64,000 nucleotides of DNA. It comes from Macrostomum lignano. Taxonomy: Eukaryota. The notes below the pieces were generated by a model that made no database searches, was not told where the DNA came from, and saw only the letters and a list, made by a program, of their open reading frames with translations. A program made the translations under genes and the position numbers. Below, piece after piece: positions 34,829 to 57,985 of the stretch (positions are counted from its first letter, which is position 1; each line of letters begins with the position of its first letter). The stretch is from positions 310,001 to 374,000 of the forward strand of contig NIVC01000309.1 of assembly GCA_002269645.1 (NCBI GenBank), read 5' to 3'.

Positions 34829-34856
34829 CTCTCAAGCACCCAGCAGATTCTCATAG
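24042..34856 (+). CDS. 5-exon gene for a ~729-aa PRDM-like transcription factor: divergent PR/SET domain, polyQ/acidic linker, six C2H2 zinc fingers, Q/P-rich C-terminus
   Basis: join(24042..24248,29656..30487,30583..30918,33183..33266,34126..34856) = 2190 nt, phases 0,1,1,1. PR-like motifs VVARRRLEVGSRFIPGQG and CNWIRL...ANLLAVRQ...TYEAIQQLQPGDPLKIFY. Fingers run from CSVCGKKFDRPSLLQRHMRTH to CTVCSKRFTLLCNLRTHIKTH with TGEKP-type linkers. The start codon is the least certain part. Confidence 0.88.
24346..24820. repeat. 20/21-bp minisatellite (GAGTTCTCATGACTCTCCTT)n
   Basis: Tandem periodicity, in intron 1 of the PRDM-like gene. Confidence 0.95.
27079..27965. repeat. 32-bp minisatellite CTCACCTGCAAACTGTCCAACATTGATTGTGT, ~27 units
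   Basis: CTCACCTGCAAA recurs every 32 bp from ~27110 to ~27953. Confidence 0.97.
27999..28562. repeat. 16-bp minisatellite (CATCCTGAATCTCCCA)n
   Basis: Tandem periodicity. Confidence 0.96.
30965..31420. repeat. 14-bp GA-rich minisatellite (GACAGAGAGGGGAA)n
   Basis: Tandem periodicity, in intron 3 of the PRDM-like gene. Confidence 0.96.
32275..33085. repeat. 23-bp minisatellite (GTAGCCATAGACTATTCCAGCTA)n, ~35 units
   Basis: Tandem periodicity; near-identical units in the 3' half. Confidence 0.97.
33830..34096. repeat. 17-bp minisatellite (TCTTTCACAAGCTCGAC)n
   Basis: Tandem periodicity, in intron 4. Confidence 0.94.
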
Positions 34857-35324
34857 ACAAGCGCACTGCAGACCCCCCGACGGCTTGCATCGTGTTCAGA
34901 AGCTCTAGCGCGATTTGAATTCTATAGAGACAAAAATTGGAAATTCTTTTGCTTTTGTTGCTCGTCTTTTTTATCTTGTGTTCGAGTAGAATATCGTGTG
35001 TACAGATTCTCTGCTATAAACTGCTTTTTATGACTTCGAATTCGAATTTGGATAACTATCTATTATAAATAATAGGTTACTGTGGCATATAACTTAGTTC
35101 CTAGGTTTGAACTGTGCTACTCAAGGTAGTTTAGTTAAATATTTATTTATGTTACCTGTATAAATCAAACTAGCTTTTTCAAACCTTTTAGTTGTTGTTT
35201 ACTAATTAATTTAATTGCTTCATATTATATGGTAGATTACTTTTAGTGCAGCTTATTTTCTGCTTTTTATTTGAGCAGGGTCAGCAAAGTGTTGTATCTT
35301 AGTGGCTCATGGCTGCGGACCAGA

Positions 35325-35545
35325 GGGGAGCGGCGAGGAGAGGGAATAGAGGAGAAGAGAGGAGGGAAGAGGCGAGGAGAGGGAATAGAGGAGAAGAGAG
35401 GAGGGAAGAGGCGAGGAGAGGGAATAGAGGTGAAGAGAGGAGGGGAGAAGAGAGGAGAGGGAATAGAGGAGAAGAGAGGAGAGAGGGTAGAGTGGAGAGG
35501 AAACAGGGGAGAGTGGGGAGAGGAGATTAAGAGAGAGAAGAGCGC
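35325..35545. repeat. GA-rich low-complexity repeat
   Basis: Purine-only tract with recurrent GAGGAGAGGGAATA. Confidence 0.85.
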
Positions 35546-36221
35546 TTAGAAGAGACGTACGCATTGCCCGTGCTGGATTGCTATTGTGAAATTTTGAAAG
35601 GCTTAAGCGCCGGACTTTGGCCATGGCCCTGGTTTAGATAGGTTTAGGGTCGTAGACATTACACAATATGGGGTAAGGTGAAGGTGCAATATCTATATTA
35701 GAATGTACAAAGGATTTGGATAAATTTCTGTAGTGCTTCACCTTAAGCTAGCGCTCTGCACCTCATAATCTATAAACTGTAAATCAACACAGCATTCTGA
35801 TGGCGGTTCAGAAGCCTTAGTTACTGACACATTTCTTTTCTTCCTTCCTCCCACGCTTAAAAACCAAGTCTGCTCTGTAGAAATGCAAATTATTCTTAAT
35901 TTTCTCATTCGTCTGTCTTTTTGCGGTTTAATAAAAATGAAAATATTTGCAAACAATGATATTGATCATCAGATTTGCAATAAGTTTACAGACTCCGATC
36001 TCTGCTTCTTTCGCATTGCCCGTTTAATTGACAAGGTGGAGCTTTGCAGTCGTTGCTTCAGGATGTCAGCGATTGATAAAACATTACGTAAGAGTAATCA
36101 AATGAAGCATGTCTATTTCAAGAAACGATTGTTTTGAATTTTACTGACGAATTCTGACATGAAAACAAAAACATAGCATCAGTATAAGTATCAGATTAGT
36201 AACAATAGTAAAAGAGCATAG

Positions 36222-36540
36222 GAAGAGAGGAGAGGAGAAGAAAAGAGAGGAGAGGAGAGAAGAGGAGATGAGATGAGAGGAGAGGAGAGGAGAGAGGAGA
36301 GGAGAGGAGAGGAGAGGAGAGGAGAGGAGAGGAGAGGAGAGGAGAGGAGAGAAGAGGAGAGGAGAGGAGAGGAGAGGAGAGGAGAGGAGAGGAGAGGAGA
36401 GGAGAGGAGAGGAGAGGAGAGAAGAGGAGAGGAGAGGAGAGGAGAGGAGAGGAGAGGAGAGGAGAGGAGAGGAGAGGAGAGAAGAGGAGAGGAGAGGAGA
36501 GGAGAGAAGAGGAGAGGGGAGGAGAGGAGAGGAAGGAAGA
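36222..36540. repeat. (GAGGA)n pentanucleotide microsatellite
   Basis: Direct periodicity. Confidence 0.96.
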
Positions 36541-36934
36541 CGAGACATAAAATAGCAATCTTTCTCATTTTGCCAGTGAAGTAAAACTGTAAACGCAAAG
36601 GCTCTACAAATACTGGGTACCATAACTTATATTACTCGCTCATGCTTTACTAGAGTGGCTATAGGGGCATCAATAGTTACTTACCAGAGGCTGAGATTGA
36701 AATATTGAATATCAGACTAATCGATCGAGCAAACTCGAAAAGCCATCGAACCGGAAGTCCGGAACAGCCTCCGCAACTCGGGTTGGACTGGCCGTCAGGG
36801 AAGTGGTCAACCGTGCTCAACCGTATGCTGCCGTTGCTGTGGCCAGATTAGAATGCTGTGATTACTGATCCCAATTAAACAGGACTCGTTTTCGGCCGAA
36901 ATGCTTTTTAGTTTGACCATTTTAAAATTCAAGG

Positions 36935-38158
36935 GCACCTAACTAGATCCTAAAGGCGCCAACTAGATCTCAAAGGCGCCAACTAGATCTTAGAGGCGCA
37001 AGTTAGATCCTAGAGAGACGCCAACTGGATCCTAGAGGCGCCAACTAGATTTTAAAGGCGCCAACTGGATCCTAGAGGCGCCAACTAGATTTTAAAGGCG
37101 CCAACTAGATTTAAGATGCGCCAACTAGATTTTAGAGGCGCCAACTAGATTTTAAAGGCGCCAACTAGATTTTAGATGCGCCAAATATATTTAGATGCGC
37201 CAACTAGATTTTAGAGGCGCCAACTAGATTTTAGATGCGCCAACTATATTTAAGATGCGCCAACTAGATCATAGAGGCGCCAACTAGATTTTAGATGCGC
37301 CAACAATATTTAAGATGCGCCAACTAGATTTTAGAGGCGCCAACTAGATTTTAGAGGCGCCAACTAGATTTTAGAGGCGCCAACTAGATTTTAGAGGCGC
37401 CAACTAGATTTTAGAGGCGCCAACTAGATTTTAGAGGCGCCAACTAGATCATAGAGGCGCCAACTAGTAGATTTTAGAGGCGCCAACTAGTAGATTTTAG
37501 AGGCGCCAACTAGATCATAGAGGCGCCAACTAGAGTTTAGAGGCGCCAACTAGATTTTAGAGGCGCCAACTAGATTTAAGATGCGCCAACTAGATTTTAG
37601 AGGCGCCAACTATATCTAAGAGGCACCAACTAGATCATAGAGGCGCCAACTAGTAGATTTTAGAGGCGCCAACTAGTAGATTTTAGAGGCGCCAACTAGT
37701 AGATTTTAGAGGCGCCAACTAGATCATAGAGGCGCCAACTAGAGTTTAGAGGCGCCAACTAGATTTTAGAGGCGCCAACTAGATTTAAGATGCGCCAACT
37801 AGATTTTAGAGGCGCCAACTATATCTAAGAGGCACCAACTAGATCATAGAGGCGCCAACTAGTAGATTTTAGAGGCGCCAACTAGTAGATTTTAGAGGCG
37901 CCAACTAGTAGATTTTAGAGGCGCCAACTAGATCATAGAGGCGCCAACTAGAGTTTAGAGGCGCCAACTAGATTTTAGAGGCGCCAACTAGATTTTAGAG
38001 GCACCAACTAGATTTTAGAGGCGCCAACTAGATTTTAGAGGCGCCAACTAGATTTTAGAGGCACCAACTAGATTTTAGAGGCGCCAACTAGATCATAGAG
38101 GCGCCAACCAGAGCGCAAAGGCGCCAACTAGATTTCAATAGAACTGAGGTGCGCCAAA
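36935..38158. repeat. 20/23-bp minisatellite (GCGCCAACTAGATTTTAGAG)n
   Basis: Tandem periodicity with higher-order blocks of variant units. Confidence 0.97.
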
Positions 38159-38654
38159 TAGAGTATTTTTATGTGACTAAAAAAATTACTGAGTTTTATT
38201 AGTCGAAAAACTATTTATAGTACTACAAGTAGCACAGATTGAAGCATACTTCCTAAAAAAGATATCATAGCATGTGTATCCGAAACGCCCCCCCTTCACG
38301 CACGCACGCAGCTTTTGTTTGGCTTGCAAACAGACGCCGGACGTCCCCCCTAAGAGAGTTGTCGCACTCAGTACCGACTCAGTAGTGAGACACTGAGCAA
38401 GCATGTTGAGCAGTTTGTCAACCAATATGAGGTTGCCAGGGGCAGCCGTGAGGAGAATTTTCCTTCCTGAGTTGCTTTTGTCAAAGCAGTGCAATTTCCC
38501 AGTGTTTGCTGAAAGAATCTGTTCCCAAAATATTTTGATAGCTGGATGGACTTCAAGTCTGTGAACTAATCCAGTAAATTTCCGGTGGTAGAAATACCCT
38601 TTTATGAATAAATTCTGCTTACAATACCCTTTTCCGAGTAGACTGCCAGGGTAG

Positions 38655-39410
38655 AAATACCCCATCTAGTGTAAAATGTCAGTCAGTGTAGAAATACCCC
38701 ATCTAGTGTAAAATGTCAGTCAGTGTAGAAATACCCCATCTAGTGTAAAATGTCAGTCAGTGTAGAAATACCCCATCTAGTGTAAACTGTCAGGGTAGAA
38801 ATACCCCATCTAGTGTAAACTGTCAGGGTAGAAATACCCCATCTAGTGTAAACTGTCAGGGTAGAAATACCCCATCTAGTGTAAACTGTCAGGGTAGAAA
38901 TACCCCATCTAGTGTAAACTGTCAGGGTAGAAATACCCCATCTAGTGTAAAATGTCAGTCAGTGTAGAAATACCCCATCTAGTGTAAACTGTCAGGGTAG
39001 AAATACCCCATCTAGTGTAAAATGTCAGTCAGTGTAGAAATACCCCATCTAGTGTAAACTGTCAGGGTAGAAATACCCCATCTAGTGTAAACTGTCAGGG
39101 TAGAAATACCCCATCTAGTGTAAACTGTCAGGGTAGAAATACCCCATCTAGTGTAAACTGTCAGGGTAGAAATACCCCATCTAGTGTAAACTGTCAGGGT
39201 AGAAATACCCCATCTAGTGTAAAATGTCAGTCAGTGTAGAAATACCCCATCTAGTGTAAACTGTCAGGGTAGAAATACCCCATCTAGTGTAAACTGTCAG
39301 GGTAGAAATACCCCATCTAGTGTAAACTGTCAGTGTAGAAATACCCCATCTAGTGTAAACTGTCAGGGTAGAAATACCCCATCTAGTGTAAAATGTCAGG
39401 GTATAAATGC
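38655..39410. repeat. 33/37-bp minisatellite AGGGTAGAAATACCCCATCTAGTGTAAACTGTC
   Basis: Tandem periodicity. Confidence 0.96.
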
Positions 39411-39809
39411 TCCTAGTGGAACACGCAATTAATTTGACAAATTTAGCAGTTTACTCAAGCAAACGACACCATAGATGAATCCATCAGCAGCTTCCGACCG
39501 TACTGGAACTCACAATTTGGTTGAAAGCACTCCAGCGGTGCCATTAAAATTTGACTCATTAGTGAGTGGCAACCAGGCCACAGCCTCGCTCTACCAAGGC
39601 TGGAGAAGTGCTCATTTTCTAGCATGGGCTGCATCAGTAACCGAGAGCCTGAGACAGGTGAGAGAACGCACTATTATTAGCAATTTTTGTAAAAACAGAG
39701 GTCCCCTTCGGGTAGCTAAGGGGTCTGCCTGTTTTAACTGCTTGATTTACAACTTTAAATGTTAGACGGTTCTACTACAACATTATGTCTATATTTGCAG
39801 TAGGCTATA

Positions 39810-41145
39810 GTGAGACAGAGAGTCAGGAAGGGAAGACAGAGAGAGGGACAGGGGGAGAGAGCGGGTGACAGAGAGAGGGACAGGGGAGAGAGCGGATGAC
39901 AGAGAGAGGGACAGGGGAGAGAGCGGGTGACAGAGAGAGGGACAGGGGAGAGAGCGGGTGACAGACAGAGAGGGACAGGGGAGAGAGCGGGTGACAGAGA
40001 GAGGGACAGGGGAGAGAGCGGGTGACAGAGAGAGGGACAGGGGAGAGAGCGGGTGACAGAGAGAGGGACAGGGGAGAGAGCGGGTGACAGACAGAGAGGG
40101 ACAGGGGAGAGAGCGGGTGACAGAGAGAGGGACAGGGGAGAGAGCGGGTGACAGACAGAGAGGGACAGGGGAGAGAGCGGATGACAGACAGAGAGGGACA
40201 GGGGAGAGAGCGAGTGACAGAGAGAGGGACAGGGGAGAGAGCGGGTGACAGAGAGAGGGACAGGGGAGAGAGCGGGTGACAGACAGAGAGGGACAGGGGA
40301 GAGAGCGGGTGACAGAGAGAGGGACAGGGGAGAGAGCGGGTGACAGACAGAGAGGGACAGGGGAGAGAGCGGATGACAGACAGAGAGGGACAGGGGAGAG
40401 AGCGAGTGACAGAGAGAGGGACAGGGGAGAGAGCGGGTGACAGAGAGAGGGACAGGGGAGAGAGCGGGTGACAGACAGAGAGGGACAGGGGAGAGAGCGG
40501 GTGACAGAGAGAGGGACAGGGGAGAGAGCGGGTGACAGACAGAGAGGGACAGGGGAGAGAGCGGGTGACAGAGAGAGGGACAGGGGAGAGAGCGGGTGAC
40601 AGACAGAGAGGGACAGGGGAGAGAGCGGGTGACAGACAGAGAGGGACAGGGGAGAGAGCGGGTGACAGAGAGAGGGACAGGGGAGAGAGCGGGTGACAGA
40701 CAGAGAGGGACAGGGGAGAGAGCGGGTGACAGACAGAGAGGGACAGGGGAGAGAGCGGGTGACAGACAGAGAGGGACAGGGGAGAGAGCGGGTGACAGAG
40801 AGAGGGACAGGGGAGAGAGCGGGTGACAGAGTGAGGGACAGGGGAGAGAGCGGGTGACAGACAGAGAGGGACAGGGGAGAGAGCGGGTGACAGACAGAGA
40901 GGGACAGGGGAGAGAGCGGATGACAGTGAGAGGGACAGGGGGAGAGAGCGGGTGACAGAGAGAGGGACAGGGGAGAGAGCGGGTGACAGAGAGAGGGACA
41001 GGGGAGAGAGCGGGTGACAGTGAGAAAGACAGGGGAGAGAGCGGGTGACAGAGAGAGGGACAGGGGAGAGAGCGGGTGACAGAGAGAAGGACAGGGGGAG
41101 AGAGCGGATGACAGTGAGAGGGACAGGGGAGAGAGCGGGTGAGTC
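39810..41145. repeat. 31/35-bp purine-rich minisatellite GGGTGACAGAGAGAGGGACAGGGGAGAGAGC
   Basis: Tandem periodicity. Confidence 0.96.
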
Positions 41146-42174
41146 AAAGAGAGATTAGCAAAGTACATGTACTTATTTATGGATAGCTTTTGAGTTGGGG
41201 TCAAAAGTGTCTGTCAGTTCTCCTGTAGTACAGCATCATGAAATGAAGCATTAAAAATGCTTTTAGCTTTCTGGCGTCTTACAGACTTCTCACCTCTGTA
41301 TTGCAGCAGCAACTTGCTCTCGCCCTCAAAAATATCTGCTTCTGTATTTCTGGCAAAGTTAAAATTTTCTATATTGTTGGGATTCACAGGCTGTGACAGG
41401 GTTTATCACCTACCGTTCACACCTGGCTGGAGGAGTGAGAGAGGGAGGGAGTAAGAGAGAGAGAGTGAGGATGCATCCCAATAGACTCATTGGCTCAATG
41501 CAAGACAGCAGGCCAATAAGGCTGCTTGATATATTGCCGAAATTCTTTTGCCTCCAATTTCTCACCAAGCAGCCACCTCTCCGCTTCCCCAGGGCTTGCT
41601 CGCTTCTCCTATATGGTCTCGTCACACGGTCGTCATGGCAACTAAAAATAGGCGGGAGTAGCCAGACTGGAGGAGAGAGGAAGTCGAGGCGCACACAGGA
41701 ACCCTGAACCCTCCGCACACAGCAAACGCAGCCACCACCCCCCCCCTACCATGGAGGGAAAACTTCATGCTTCAGACATTTGCTCACACAAGAAGACGAC
41801 TCTTAGAGCCTTTCCCGGATCCGCTTTTTTCACTCTCGTCGCAGAAACTGAGCATCGAATTGGCTTAGAAAGCTCGGCAGTTTGAAGCACTTTGACAGGA
41901 AATTGGTCCTGCAAAAAAAGTCAATTTCACAATAATTCTGTGAGCATGTGACTTCCGAGGGCTTGAGAATTCGATTCTTTATATATAAAGTTTGAGTCGG
42001 CTGGGATCTTGAAATGAGCAAAAGTGCGAGGACTTCAACAGTGATTTTCCAAGCCGGTTCGAATTGACTGAGTATATTGCTGCTTGATATGGTGGCAACT
42101 ACATATGCAGGTGAGGCTGAACGGACTTGGGTACTCATGCTTTTGATTTTCCAATTTCAAGGCTCTCGGGTGCA

Positions 42175-42740
42175 AGTTTTTGAGGTTAGGGTTTTGACGT
42201 TTGCGTTTTGAGGTTTGGGTTTTGTGGTTTGAGTTTTGAGGTTTGGGTTTTGAGGTTTGAGTTTTGAGGTTTGGGTTTTGAGGTTTGGGTTTTGAGGTTT
42301 GAGTTTTGAGGTTTGGGTTTTGTGGTTTGGGTTTTGACGTTTGCGTTTTGAGGTTTGGGTTTTGAGGTTTGGGTTTTGAGGTTCGGGTTTTGAGGTTTGG
42401 GATTTGAGGTTTGGGTTTTGTGGTTTGGGTTTTGTGGTTTGGGTTTTGAGGTTCGGGTTTTGAGATTTGAGTTTTGAGGTTTGGGTTTTGAGATTTGAGT
42501 TTTGAGGTTTGGGTTTTGGGGTTTGGGTTTTGGGGTTTGGGTTTTGGGATTTGGGTTTTGGGGTTTGGGTTTTGGGGTTTGGGTTTTGAGGCTTGGGTTT
42601 TGAGGTTTGGGTTTTGAGGTTTGGGTCTTGAGGTTTGGGTTTTGAGGTTTGGGTTTTGAGGTTTGGGTTTTGATTTTGAGGTTGGGTTTTTAATTTTGAG
42701 GTTTGGATTTTGAGGTTTGGATTTTGTGGTTTAGGTTGAG
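42175..42740. repeat. 14-bp GT-rich repeat (GGGTTTTGAGGTTT)n
   Basis: Tandem periodicity; core (GGGTTTTGGGGTTT)n at 42511-42590. Confidence 0.94.
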
Positions 42741-43529
42741 GTTCTGCTTGTGTCCTGTTTTTGAAATTATGAGCTTTTGTTTAGGTTTCGAGTTTTGCAA
42801 TTTTGGAAACTCAAAGATTTAAGAATTGGTTTTCTAGTACTCTTTTATCGCGCGCTGTGTGAGGGTTTGAGAATCTTGAGAATTTTTAATTTTCCTATAT
42901 AATTAAGGATCACATTTTAGCCATTATAATATTTTCACAGACTAACAATAGACCAAAATGGACACGCCATGACAACCGGAAAGGCACATGATAAAGTGAT
43001 AATATGCGTGATTTAGCAAAAAACACTGCCTCAAAGAGGAGTTGTCAGAGTTTGCACAAGGGCCGCGCCACCGTGCTTGGCTGTCAACTCAGCTGCTGCG
43101 GCAAGTTCTGCAACTGGCATAATTAAATAACCTCCCTCCCCACTCCTTTGTTGTCGAGTTTACCTTAGTGCATGCATTTTACTGGGTGCGTTTCTGTTTG
43201 CCATCTGCTGCTTTGGGCTGAATATTTTTTTTATTAATAATAGTATTCAAACAGGATTAGCAGTTGCCTTATTTGGAAGAATTCGGGCAATGGTAAATTG
43301 ACAGCGCCAAAATAAAGTGAAGGGGCTTGGGAATGTGCTGGCGTGCATGGTAAAGCTGTCGTTAGTTTTTAAATTGGAATTCAGAATTTATGAATTGTGG
43401 AAATGAATTTTTGGCAAGGTTCTTATCAGGGACTTCTATAGAGATAGTGATGCTACTTTTAGGAGTCCCTGGCTCTTATAAGCAGGTACAGGGAGTGGAA
43501 AATTTATAAAAAATGATAGACAGATACGA

Positions 43530-44000
43530 GGGGAGAGAGCAGAGAGGAGAGAAGAGAGGGAAATGAGAGGGGGGCTGAGAGGGAAAGTAGGAGTGGATGT
43601 GAGAGGGGAGGTAAGCGTGAAAATGAGAGGGGAGGTGAGGGTGGAGGTGTGATTGGAGGTGAGAGTGGAGGTGAGAGTGGAGGTGAGAGTGGAGGTGAAA
43701 GTGGAGGTGAGAGTGAAGGTGAGAGTGAAGAAGGGAGTGAAGGTGAGAGTGAAGAAGAGAGTGAAGGTGGGAGGGAGGTGAGAGTGGAGGTGAGAGTAAA
43801 GGTGAGAGTGAAGGGGAGAGTGAAGAAGAGAGTGAAGAAGAGAGTGAAGGTGAGAGTGAAGAAGAGGGTGAAGGTGGGAGGGAGGTGAAAGTGAAGAAGA
43901 GAGTGAAGGTGAGAGTGGAGGTGAGAGGGAGGTGAGAGGGGAGTAGAGAGTGGAGGTGAGATTGGAGGTAAGCGTGAAAGTGAGTGGGGAGCTCAGAGGT
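43530..44000. repeat. degenerate 12-bp purine-rich repeat (GTGAGAGTGGAG/GTGAGAGTGAAG)
   Basis: Low-complexity periodic tract. Confidence 0.85.
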
Positions 44001-44856
44001 GAGAAATCAGACAGAAAGAGATAGCAGCGTGGAGATAAGAAGAGATGAGATGAGTGGGGAGAATCATTAAACTTCACTATAAACTCTGTTTCGAAGATGT
44101 CCAAAAATAGACCAGAGAACAGAATTTTAAAAAACCACCTGAATGAAGGGTGGAGGCACAAAAATAATGGAGAAAATGAAGGCGAGTATTTAAACGGCAC
44201 AACACAGGGAGAGAGCCTGACTCGCCTCAGTGCCAGCCTCCACTAAAGAATTCGGAGTTTCTAAGAGAATCGTGCCAACACCCCCCCCCCTTGCAGTCTC
44301 CACCGCCACCCCGCCCCATCACAGTGCGACCACTGGCCACCCGCCCAGTATTTTCAGCTCCAAAGCAATTTGCAGTTTGAGCAGCTTTCGCCAGAGCCGG
44401 TGCGCAAGATCTTAAAAAAAGGCATTGTGCTTGGGGGGGGGCGGTTGAGGGGTACGCAAGCACGAGAGCACCGTAGTGAAAGGAGAGAGCAGCGAGACAT
44501 TGTATAAGACGGTTTGCTCAGTATCCAAGGCGACTTGCAGGGTGGGTTCTTCGAAAAAACCCCGATGGAATGAAGCGAGCAGAGAGAGAGAGAGAGATAG
44601 AGAGAGAGAATGGACGGCAGTCAGGGTTGAGTAAAATTGCGTCAGTAGCTTCTCTGAGTTCACCTTGCCGGCCCCCTTAAAGCGCTATGCAGCCTGAAGC
44701 CAAGTTCTGTGTCAAAATAAACACATTTAAGCCTCTGGTGTGCGCCGCATAAAAAGGGAGCATTCAAAGGCGCATTACTGCTGCGAGCAGAGCAAGTCGG
44801 GCTTGGTAAGCCAGAGACAAAGAAAGACTGTTATTGGTTTCAAGGCGTGGCTTCTA

Positions 44857-55485
<10,629 letters not shown>

Positions 55486-55599
55486 GAAGCTAATTAATTA
55501 TTTTTAATTATTTATTACGCTCTTTGTCTGAGCTGGGTGGGCATTCTAATCTAAAGTGCTATAATATTAACCAGTGAACAATGGAAGCTCCCTAATCTC

Positions 55600-55830
55600 T
55601 CTGCAATCTCTCTCATCTCTCCGCTGTCTCCCTTATCTCCCCTTATCTCTCCGCTGTCTCCCTTATCTCCCCTTATCTTCACTTATCTCTCCGCTATCTC
55701 CCTTATCTCCCCTTATCTCCCCTTATCTCTCCGCTGTCTCCCTTATCTCCCCTTATCTTCACTTATCTCTCCGCTATCTCCCTTATCTCCCTTTATCTCT
55801 ACGCTATCTTCCTTATCTTTACGCCATCTA
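55600..55830. repeat. CT-rich repeat (CTCCCTTAT-like) in the putative 3' UTR
   Basis: Low-complexity periodic tract. Confidence 0.85.
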
Positions 55831-55956
55831 TCTTATGACTAGCATTTCCAATCTCATCCTATCTTCACTATGGCATGGCTCTCGTCTCCAAATGTAGCTA
55901 CTTTATGTTTCACAATAACTAGTAAAACAGTTTTGTTGTATAATAATCTTCTCGTA

Positions 55957-55962
55957 AATAAA
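55957..55962 (+). terminator. candidate polyadenylation signal AATAAA of the discoidin-SEA gene
   Basis: AATAAA in an AT-rich region ~470 nt after the TAG at 55485. Confidence 0.4.
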
Positions 55963-56589
55963 GTGTATAAGAAGAAACTTAGAGGTGCATGATTTTTCAC
56001 TTACTGAATGAACTGTTAAGAGTCAACTGTTAGAACCCCTGTACTCTCGTATCAATGTTATTTCTCACCTTGATTGCTATATTTTCTGCTTGCAAATAAG
56101 TATTTAACAACTTGCTAATATTAATTACTTCCAAGTTTCCGTGTCAATCGAATTGAAAAACCCAAGATTGATTTCTGAATTTCATATTTTTGCTTTATAT
56201 TAGTACTCAGATATACGATATTTTTTAATATTTTGTCTTTTGCTTTAACACTTACGAGCGTATAACAGAGTCAGACGTACCAACTGATATCACACGGAAC
56301 ATAGAGGATTTTTTACTTTGATCCGTTACAAGAAGCCGATATTAACTGTAGGAATCTTTAAGATAATGTTTACCTGCGAACTCGCTTAATTATACAGTTA
56401 ACCGGAGCAGCATCGTGAAATACTTCCTAAATATGTTCTTTCTCGGAATTCGATAACGTGAACTAGACTAACTACTTATTAGGAAGTATTTCTAAGTACG
56501 GCGTGTGCAGGAATGCTAAAGCAACTGAGCAGATAATACGTTTTGGTCATTTGAAACACCAGCACGTCAGATGAGACACCTGTGCTCTC

Positions 56590-57228
56590 TCATGACACCC
56601 CACTGACTCCCATGACACCCCACTAACTACCATGACACCCCACTGTCTCCCATGACTCCTCACTGACTCCCATGACACCCCAAGGACTCCCATGACACCC
56701 CACTGACTCCCATGACACCCCACTGACTCCCATGACACCCCACTGACTCCCATGACACCCCAAGGACTCCCATGACACCCCACTGACTCCCATGACACCC
56801 CAAGGACTCCCATGACACCCCAAGGACTCCCATGACACCCCACTGACTCCCATGACACCCCACTTTCTCCTATGACATCCCACTTTCTCCCATGATACCC
56901 CACTTTCTCCTATGACACCCCACTTTCTCCCATGACACCCGACTGACTTCCATGACACCCCACTGACTCCCATGACACCCCACTGACTCCCATGACACCC
57001 GACTGACTACCATGACACCCCACTGACTCCCATGACACCCCACTTTCTCCCATGACACCCCACTTTCTCCTATGACACCCCACTTTCTCCCATGATACCC
57101 CACTTTCTCCTATGACACCCCACTGACTCCCATGACACCCGACTGACTTTCATGACACCCCACTGACTCCCATGACACCCCACTGACTCCCATGACACCC
57201 CACTGACTTCCATGACACCCCACAGTCT
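56590..57228. repeat. 20-bp minisatellite (CCATGACACCCCACTGACTC)n
   Basis: Tandem periodicity. Confidence 0.96.
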
Positions 57229-57654
57229 CCAATTATCACGGTGTTACTGCAGTAAAGCACAGTTCTAAGCAGGATTCGAAGCACTTCAGCAGTAAAGCAT
57301 AAAACTCAGAACAATCTTCTTTAGACAGCAATATGAAGTACAAACACTTGACCTGTGTGAGACAGGCATCACCTGCTGCTGTCAGCTACAGCCGCCTGTT
57401 CGCAAAGTTTAGCGGACCTGTGCGCTCAACTACGCACCTGTCTAGGATTCGACTGATAGCTAGCTGGGAGCATAAAGCAGCTCGCATGAGCTCATTCTGT
57501 CCGATTCCCACGCAATTTTGTGCCGGTCAAATTTAGAACTGAGACGGTTCATGAGGTAGTAGCCTTTTTAACTCTTCAAGTCTGCGCCTGATAACAAATA
57601 CAGCTTGGCTTTGAGAAATTGAGCCACTTAATAGGGCTGCTTGAATGCTGCTGG

Positions 57655-57985
57655 GGGAGGGTGTGGCGAAGATTGAGTCCTAATTGAGGGTGTGGTGAAA
57701 ATTGAGTCCTAATTGAGGGTGTGGTGAAAATTAAGTCCTAATTGAGGGTGTGGTGAAAATTAAGTCCTAATTGAGGGTGTGGTGAAAATTGAGTCCTAAT
57801 TGAGAGTGTGGTAAAGATTGAGTCCTAATGGAGGGTGTGGCGAATATTGGGTCCTAATGGAGGGTGTAGAAGAAATCAGATTCTAATATAGGGTGTGGAG
57901 GGGATCATTCCTAATAGAGGGTGTACAGTGAGGACTGGGCCCTCACGGAGGGTGTACAGTGAGGACTGGGCCCTCACGGAGGGTG
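57655..57985. repeat. degenerating 29-bp repeat GAGGGTGTGGTGAAAATTGAGTCCTAATT
   Basis: ~6 good units, then increasingly diverged copies. Confidence 0.88.

Noticed and set aside
35550-36140. Minus-strand ORF pieces (…ILKQRLQSSTLSIK…; …VDLQFIDYEVQSASLR)
   Set aside because: Interrupted by tandem stops, no recognisable domain and no consistent exon chain.
41830-42138. 102-aa - strand ORF (MSTQVRSASP…)
   Set aside because: No motif, atypical codon usage and no supporting splice partners.
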